DNA of 64,000 bases from positions 194,579 to 258,578 of the forward strand of contig JAXHNJ010000001.1 of assembly GCA_034520665.1 (NCBI GenBank), given 5' to 3'. Numbering within the stretch: the stretch's first letter is position 1; each line of letters begins with the position of its first letter. The notes under the pieces were generated by a model. The model saw only the letters and a list, made by a program, of their open reading frames with translations, was not told the DNA's origin and did no database searches. Origin of the DNA: Patescibacteria group bacterium (GTDB lineage: Bacteria > Patescibacteriota > Patescibacteriia > JAXHNJ01). Below are positions 58,422 to 64,000 of the stretch, in pieces. Both the position numbers and the translations under genes were made by a program.

Positions 58422-59706
58422 TCAAATTATTTTATTAATTAAAAAAAAGCTACGAGAAATACCTGTTACTAGTGGACCGGTAGCTTTAATAAAAAGAAAT
58501 TCCGCTAAGGAGCAATTACAATATTATGTTTTAAACTTTATTTATAATAATTCTAAATATAATAAGTGGATTATGTATGGTGGATCAGCTCTTCGTATTT
58601 GTCACAAATTAAATAGAATGTCAGTAGACTTAGATTTTGAAGTTAATCATAAAATTACTAATAAATTTTTAGGTGATTTTGAAAGTAAGATAGTTTCTTA
58701 TTTTAAAAATGATTATAATGTTGATTCAGGAATACTTACTACTAGTATTAATAATAAAAGAGGTATTACATTAAAGTTTAAAATTGGAGATAAGATTGGA
58801 TTGAATTTTGCTTCAAAGATTGTAAAAGTTAAGATTGACTTGAATTATTTTAAAGTTCCTGAAACTGTCGTGGTAGAAAATCATCCTATTAATGAAGATC
58901 AATTTTCTTTTATTATCAGAACATACAACATGTCTGCCTTAATGTCCAGTAAAATAGCGGCTATTTTTTTACGTGGTAAACGTGGAGTGGGAAAAGAAAT
59001 TTATAAAGAAAAAGGCAGGGACATTTATGATTTATTGTGGTATATGTCAAAAAAAACTATTCCCGATTTGGATTATTTAAATGCCAAGAAAATTAATTTT
59101 AATAATCCAAAAGATCTTTTTGATAAGTTAACTGTTAAGATATTAAATAATAAAAAAACAGATAAAAATCTTAAACAAGATTTACCGCCTCTTTTTTTAG
59201 ATCAAGCATATATAAATAACTGGATTAATAATTGGCGAGATAGCTACTTATATTTATTAAAAGAATATAAATTTTCAAGTGTGAAAGATTTAAAAAAAAT
59301 AGAAGTAATTCAAGATTTTTCTACGGGTATATATTCATTTGTATATTTTTATAACAGTAAGGAAAGTACTCTAATAAGAATAATATTTAATATTAGTGAA
59401 TATTGGATTGATTTTAAAGAGGGAAATTTATCCATTGAAATTAGTAAAAATGTTAAAGACCATTTTGATTTTAAAACTAGAGTAATTACTAATCGCCCCT
59501 CATCTAAAAAGAAATTGATGCAATATGCTGAATTATTTCTTCGAAAAACTGAAAAATATTTCAAAAAGTCTAACAATATAATTATGAACAACACTATTTC
59601 TACTAAGGTTATTCGCATGACATCTGATAATTTAAAATTAGAAAAAGAAATTCTGTTAAATAAAGAGACTCTTATTAAATGTGAATTAGAAGACTTATTG
59701 CCGTAA
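58408..59706 (+). CDS. AbiEii-family nucleotidyltransferase toxin with C-terminal extension
   Basis: GGSALRICH...RMSVDLDF and KGRDIYDLLW motifs. Confidence 0.85.
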   Translation: MIMDNQIILLIKKKLREIPVTSGPVALIKRNSAKEQLQYYVLNFIYNNSKYNKWIMYGGSALRICHKLNRMSVDLDFEVNHKITNKFLGDFESKIVSYFKNDYNVDSGILTTSINNKRGITLKFKIGDKIGLNFASKIVKVKIDLNYFKVPETVVVENHPINEDQFSFIIRTYNMSALMSSKIAAIFLRGKRGVGKEIYKEKGRDIYDLLWYMSKKTIPDLDYLNAKKINFNNPKDLFDKLTVKILNNKKTDKNLKQDLPPLFLDQAYINNWINNWRDSYLYLLKEYKFSSVKDLKKIEVIQDFSTGIYSFVYFYNSKESTLIRIIFNISEYWIDFKEGNLSIEISKNVKDHFDFKTRVITNRPSSKKKLMQYAELFLRKTEKYFKKSNNIIMNNTISTKVIRMTSDNLKLEKEILLNKETLIKCELEDLLP

Positions 59707-59745
59707 AATCTTTAGAAATAGAAATTAATAATTTGTTAAAATAAC

Positions 59746-60300
59746 ATGAAAGCTTTAATCTTGCCTGGTAATAACAATACTTTAATCACCAACAATTGGT
59801 ATCTTTTTGTTAAAGAAAAATTAGAAAAACTGGGTCTAGAAATCACAGCCAAAAATATGCCGGATCCGAAATAGCCCACCGAAAAATTTGGTTGCTCTTT
59901 ATAAAAAAGAGACTTGAGGGAGACGAAAATTCCATTTTAATTGACCACTCCACTGGAGCGGTAGCCACTTTGCGTTATCTTGAAAAAAATAAATGCCGTT
60001 TGGTAATATTAGTATCTTGTTATTATACTGATCTTGATGATAAAATGAAAAAAAAGTGGTTATTTTGATGATCCTTGGTTATGGAAGAAAATAAAAAATA
60101 ATGCTGGGAAAATAGTTATTTTTACCTCAAGGGATGACCCTTATATTCCTATTGACCAACCGCGTTTAATTAAAGAAAAAGTTGAGGCCGAGTATCGTGA
60201 ATACAAAGATGAAAAACTTTTTGGTATGAATAGGAAAAAAGAATTTCCTGAAATTATAACGGTTGTTAAAAAAATGATAGAAAATCATAAAGAAAAATAA
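59746..60300 (+). pseudogene. RBBP9/YdeN alpha/beta hydrolase pseudogene
   Basis: MKALILPGN..NWY..NMPDP(stop/frameshift)..IDHSTGAVA..(frameshift)SGYFDDPW..SRDDPYIP; GHS changed to DHS. Confidence 0.8.
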
Positions 60301-60410
60301 ATGACTATTTTCAGGATTTTTTGAGAAAAGGGGAGTAGGAGAAGAGGTTTTTTTATTGGTAAAAAAAATGGTAAACTATAAACAGTTTCGGATTATATAA
60401 TGGTTTAATA

Positions 60411-60473
60411 AAAATTCGCATAATAAACAAATTTGAGGTGATTATACGAAATTAATTCGTATAATAACGAGTT
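60411..60473 (+). repeat. attI-like platform, copy 3
   Basis: AAAATTCGCATAATAAACAAATTTGAGGTGATTATACGAAATTAATTCGTATAATAACGAGTT. Confidence 0.85.
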
Positions 60474-60504
60474 GTCAGAAATTTTTAAAAAATTATAAAT
60501 TCTT

Positions 60505-60951
60505 ATGAAATATACAATAACAGTCGGTGTTTTTGGGATAATTACAAACGAACAAGATAAGGTTTTGCTTTGTCATCGCAATGACTATGATTTATGGAAT
60601 CTACCAGGTGGCGGACTTGAAAAAGGCGAAACTCCTTGGGAGTGTATTGTCCGTGAGTCTAAAGAAGAAACGGGTTTAGATGTGAAAGTTTCTCGTCTTA
60701 TGGGTATTTACAGCAAACCTCATAAAGATGAAGTAGTTTTTATGTTCGTTTGTAATGTTATCGATGGTAAACTAACACTGAATGAAGAAGCGAGAGATTT
60801 AAGATATTTTGCTCTTAACGAAATCCCAAAAAACACCGTTCCAAAACAGGTCGAGAGATTAAAACATTATTTCGAGGATAAAGAGAAAATATATTTAAAA
60901 GAGCAAAGAGGAAAATCAGCTATTGATATGGTTAAAGAGGGGAATTTATAA
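60505..60951 (+). CDS. Cassette: NUDIX hydrolase
   Basis: LPGGGLEKGETPWECIVRESKEETG. Confidence 0.92.
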   Translation: MKYTITVGVFGIITNEQDKVLLCHRNDYDLWNLPGGGLEKGETPWECIVRESKEETGLDVKVSRLMGIYSKPHKDEVVFMFVCNVIDGKLTLNEEARDLRYFALNEIPKNTVPKQVERLKHYFEDKEKIYLKEQRGKSAIDMVKEGNL

Positions 60952-60989
60952 TTTTTTTAAAACTGCTCCGCTATCGCTCCGTTCGGCTC

Positions 60990-61079
60990 GTCTAACAGAA
61001 GTATATGCGGTTCGCTCGTTGCCCTTCGCTCTCCCAAATTTTTGCTTCGCAAAAACTTCTCTTAATCCCGATGTTATAT
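60990..61079 (+). repeat. attC-like site F (mismatched arms)
   Basis: GTCTAAC-AGAAGTATATGCG...CCCAAAT...AACTTC...CCCGAT-GTTATAT. Confidence 0.75.
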
Positions 61080-61167
61080 GACATATTTTTCTAAAAATTT
61101 TTCTTTATTGATATAATTTAAGGTAGAAATTTTGATTTAATTTTATTTAAGAGGGAGATTCAATAAG

Positions 61168-62223
61168 GTGTTTTCATTTGCTCCGCTAACACTTAAAGCA
61201 AGTGAAAACGAGTCAATAAATTTTATGATGAACACACCAGAAAATTTTTCCAAACCACCACAACAAGAGCTGCTTCCTAATATAGAGGCTGAAAAAAAAC
61301 CTCATTATATTATTATGATAACCAGACATGCTGAACGCCTGCCATCTGGTGAATTAAGCCCCGAGGGTATTGCCCATGCAAAAGTTAAGGGCGAGAAGTT
61401 AAAAGATGTTGAAGTGCTAAAATCATACGCGAGCGACCATCCGAGCGCGAGGACATATGAAACAGCGGAAAATATCGGCAGTGAAGCGGATATTAAATCG
61501 CCATTGACTGGTGAACGCTATAAGACAAAAAAAGTTAAAGGTATCCAATATGATGTTCTTGACCCGGTAATTTTGAAAGATGCTAAACTGTCGATTGATG
61601 AAAATACTTTAAAAGAAATTGACAGAGATCACCCTGAATTGACACAATCAATAAATTTAGCGTTAGCAGAAGGCGCGCCAACTAAAATTAATTCACAAGG
61701 GGAAACAATGGTGGATATTGAAAAATTACCAAAAAATATTCAGCAACAAATCGCGCCAATCAGACAAAAAAACCAAAAACTTGCCTTTGAAAAAATACTT
61801 AATAATCCCGAAGCTGTACAAAGCATGATGGCCGGTTTATCGCATCAAATTTTTGAAAAAGAATTAATATTAGATAGATACGCAAGAGTCAGAAAGAAAA
61901 AAGAGCAACCACCCAAAAAAGATGTGGTTATAAATATTAACACCCATGGATTATTTATTGAGTCTCTACTGAAAAATACGGGGATATTCGTCAAACCAAA
62001 CGGCGAGGATGTTTCTGGTATTGACAATATGGACAGCGATGAACTTGGGGACTACATCCAGCCAGCTGAATCAATCTATTTGGATATCGGTACCGATCCG
62101 CATAATATTCCTGAACGTATACCTGTAATTTTTGAAAGCGAGCGAGACGTCAAGGGTAAGGTTTATATAGATAGCGCAAAATTAGAGCAGTATAGTAAAC
62201 ATTATAAAGCAGAAGTAAAATAA
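61168..62223 (+). CDS. Histidine phosphatase superfamily-like protein (probable start 61225/61228)
   Basis: ITRHAER, LSPEG, S...RTYETA, late THG. Confidence 0.65.
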   Translation: MFSFAPLTLKASENESINFMMNTPENFSKPPQQELLPNIEAEKKPHYIIMITRHAERLPSGELSPEGIAHAKVKGEKLKDVEVLKSYASDHPSARTYETAENIGSEADIKSPLTGERYKTKKVKGIQYDVLDPVILKDAKLSIDENTLKEIDRDHPELTQSINLALAEGAPTKINSQGETMVDIEKLPKNIQQQIAPIRQKNQKLAFEKILNNPEAVQSMMAGLSHQIFEKELILDRYARVRKKKEQPPKKDVVININTHGLFIESLLKNTGIFVKPNGEDVSGIDNMDSDELGDYIQPAESIYLDIGTDPHNIPERIPVIFESERDVKGKVYIDSAKLEQYSKHYKAEVK

Positions 62224-62227
62224 TATC

Positions 62228-63751
62228 ATGACTAAAATTTTAAAAAGCGATCAAATTATCAATGGCATGATAAATACCAAATGGTATTTTTTGACAAAGC
62301 GACCAGATATACCACCTTTGCCTGTTTGGTATAAAATGAAATATAGCGCTTTAAGAAAAGAGAATAAAAAAATTTACGGTACTGGCATCCCGTGGGCTTG
62401 CTTTTGGTATAACAATAATACTGAGTTGTATTTGCATGGGGATGAGTATAAAACCGCAATCCAAAATGCCACGAAAATATTATATTCGAAACAAAAATTA
62501 AACAAGCATTTATTAATGCTAAAACAATCCTGCCACGATGCTAAAAAGGCGGCGGCTATTTTTAACAGGTGCCACTGGGAAAGTTATGATAATGTTAAAA
62601 TTTACAATCTGTACAAAACAGTTGTTGATAAATATGTTTTATTGTATATTTACGGCTTTATAACTTGGTGTACGCTGGTATTGCAAAATGACGCATATAA
62701 AATTGTTACCGATCATAAAAAAGAATTAGAGAATATTACTCTTACTCCGGATCAAGCGCTTGGCATCCTAATTGTTCCCGATGATACTACTATATATCAA
62801 GAAAAGGAGGAAAAATTAGCTAAATTATCAAAAAAATATAGGCGCACGGTAGCCGGATATAAGAGTGAAAAATATTTATCAGATAATCACCATCAACTAA
62901 ACAAAGAAATAAAAAAATTTATCAAACAGTACTGCTGGGTTGGCTTTAATTATGTCGGTCCGGCGCTGGATTATAAAACTGTAGTAAAAGAGTTATTACA
63001 AGCACACGATAATACCAAACAAAAAACACCAACTAAAAAAGAAATTCACAAAATTTGTAAATTTAACGAAAGAGAAAAGCACATTTTTTACGCCCTTGAA
63101 ATGATTTCTTATACCAAAGATTTAAGAAATACGACTGATGATTATATCCATTATTGTTTCAGCATTTTTTACGATGAAATCTCAAAACGAACCGGACTAA
63201 CAAAAACAGACATTCAATTTTTATGGGATAATGAACTGGAAAAATTATTAAAGAGTGATAACAATATTAGTCGGCCATATATTCAAAAGAAAAGGAAATT
63301 TTGCGCGGCCTTTGCTTTACTAAAATCCTTAAAGATGAAAGAATATTATATCGGCCACGAAGCCAGCAAGAAAAGGGAATTCGTCTTTAAAAATAGTAAT
63401 CAAATATTAGAAAAAATATCGCAAAATATTATTAAAGGTACAATAGCGTCGACTGGTGTGGTGACCGGAAAAGTAAAAATTATTAATAATATTAAAGAGG
63501 TTAAGAAGGTTAAGAAAGGCGATATTTTAGTTACAGGTATGACCAGCCCTAAATATATGTCCGCGATTTACAATTCAAACGCAATTATCACTGATGACGG
63601 AGGATTGACTTGTCACGCGGCAATTATCGCAAGAGAACTTAAAAAACCATGCATTATTGGAACCAAAACCGCTACCCGAGTATTAAAGGACGGTGATTTA
63701 GTCGAAGTTGATGCTAATAATGGAATAGTTAAAATTATCCAACGAAAATAA
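62228..63751 (+). CDS. Protein with C-terminal PEP-utilising (swivelling phosphohistidine) domain
   Basis: GDILVTGMTSP, TDDGGLTCHAAIIARE..KPC, VDANNG. Confidence 0.85.
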   Translation: MTKILKSDQIINGMINTKWYFLTKRPDIPPLPVWYKMKYSALRKENKKIYGTGIPWACFWYNNNTELYLHGDEYKTAIQNATKILYSKQKLNKHLLMLKQSCHDAKKAAAIFNRCHWESYDNVKIYNLYKTVVDKYVLLYIYGFITWCTLVLQNDAYKIVTDHKKELENITLTPDQALGILIVPDDTTIYQEKEEKLAKLSKKYRRTVAGYKSEKYLSDNHHQLNKEIKKFIKQYCWVGFNYVGPALDYKTVVKELLQAHDNTKQKTPTKKEIHKICKFNEREKHIFYALEMISYTKDLRNTTDDYIHYCFSIFYDEISKRTGLTKTDIQFLWDNELEKLLKSDNNISRPYIQKKRKFCAAFALLKSLKMKEYYIGHEASKKREFVFKNSNQILEKISQNIIKGTIASTGVVTGKVKIINNIKEVKKVKKGDILVTGMTSPKYMSAIYNSNAIITDDGGLTCHAAIIARELKKPCIIGTKTATRVLKDGDLVEVDANNGIVKIIQRK

Positions 63752-63879
63752 TAAGGTGTCTTGGCTCAAAAAATTCATCCCTAATTCCTTTTTATTTTTC
63801 AAAACGAAAAAAATAAATTTTCTTTTGAAGATAAAAAATCTCTCTGCAAATGAATAATAAGGATAAAAAAATGACTTCT

Positions 63880-63932
63880 CCATTTCACTCCGTTTCGCTC
63901 CGCAAAACATCAGATATAGGCAAACCTTGTGC
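63880..63932 (+). repeat. Right half of an attC-like site (R' degenerate CTT)
   Basis: CTCCGTTTCGCTCCGCAAAACATCAGATATAGGCAAAC-CTTGTGC resembles the right arms of sites 7 and D. Confidence 0.6.
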
Positions 63933-64000
63933 CAGGCCTCATTTCTTGCCAAGAGGATTTTTTTCTTAAATTGAACATAATAAGATATTATATTAAAATG

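Larger units (their letters stand above)
60471..64000 (+). mobile_element. Integron-like cassette array 3 (may continue past the window)
   Basis: attI-like site, NUDIX cassette, attC-like site, two further ORFs, right-half attC near 63900. Confidence 0.75.

Noticed and set aside
32472-63932. CRISPR array interpretation of the recurring intergenic repeats
   Set aside because: Repeats are variable hairpins separated by whole genes, not constant repeats with 30-40 bp spacers; no cas genes in the window.
1-64000. Integrase, transposase or reverse transcriptase (DGR, retron) gene
   Set aside because: No ORF shows tyrosine-recombinase, DDE/HUH or reverse transcriptase motifs, and I saw no TR/VR pair.
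1-64000. tRNA or rRNA genes
   Set aside because: No cloverleaf or rRNA signature recognised by eye; GC-rich intergenic hairpins fit attC-like or REP-like elements.

Overview
Low-GC bacterial chromosome segment, most likely Patescibacteria/CPR (inferred from the archaeal-type pyrH, minimal tsaB, mraZ-rsmH-ftsL-ftsI-murF order and CPR-like hypothetical genes; TGA is used as stop, so code 11). The first ~32 kb is mostly housekeeping (mutM end, uppP, pcm, manC, mltG, pyrH, rplJ/rplL, tsaB, dcw genes), plus large surface proteins, a heliorhodopsin beside a pyrimidine-dimer glycosylase, a high-GC foreign-looking gene and many REP-like palindromes. The main signal lies from 32.4 kb to the window end: three co-oriented, integron-like gene-cassette arrays with no integrase in the window. 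Each array starts at a near-identical ~60-bp attI-like platform (three Xer/lox-like TTCGTATAA arms ending at GTT; 32472, 50816, 60411). Cassettes are separated by 14 complete or near-complete attC-like hairpins plus several truncated ones. Unlike classical cassettes, each one has long cassette-specific complementarity between its 5' and 3' flanks, in several cases placing start and stop codons opposite each other so the ORF is the loop of a hairpin. A second repeat family brackets a Fic and a glycoside-hydrolase-like gene, and a triplicated gene 3' end delimits tandem islands (array plus asnB, AbiE toxin-antitoxin, array). Protein calls rest on motif recognition only; no searches were run.
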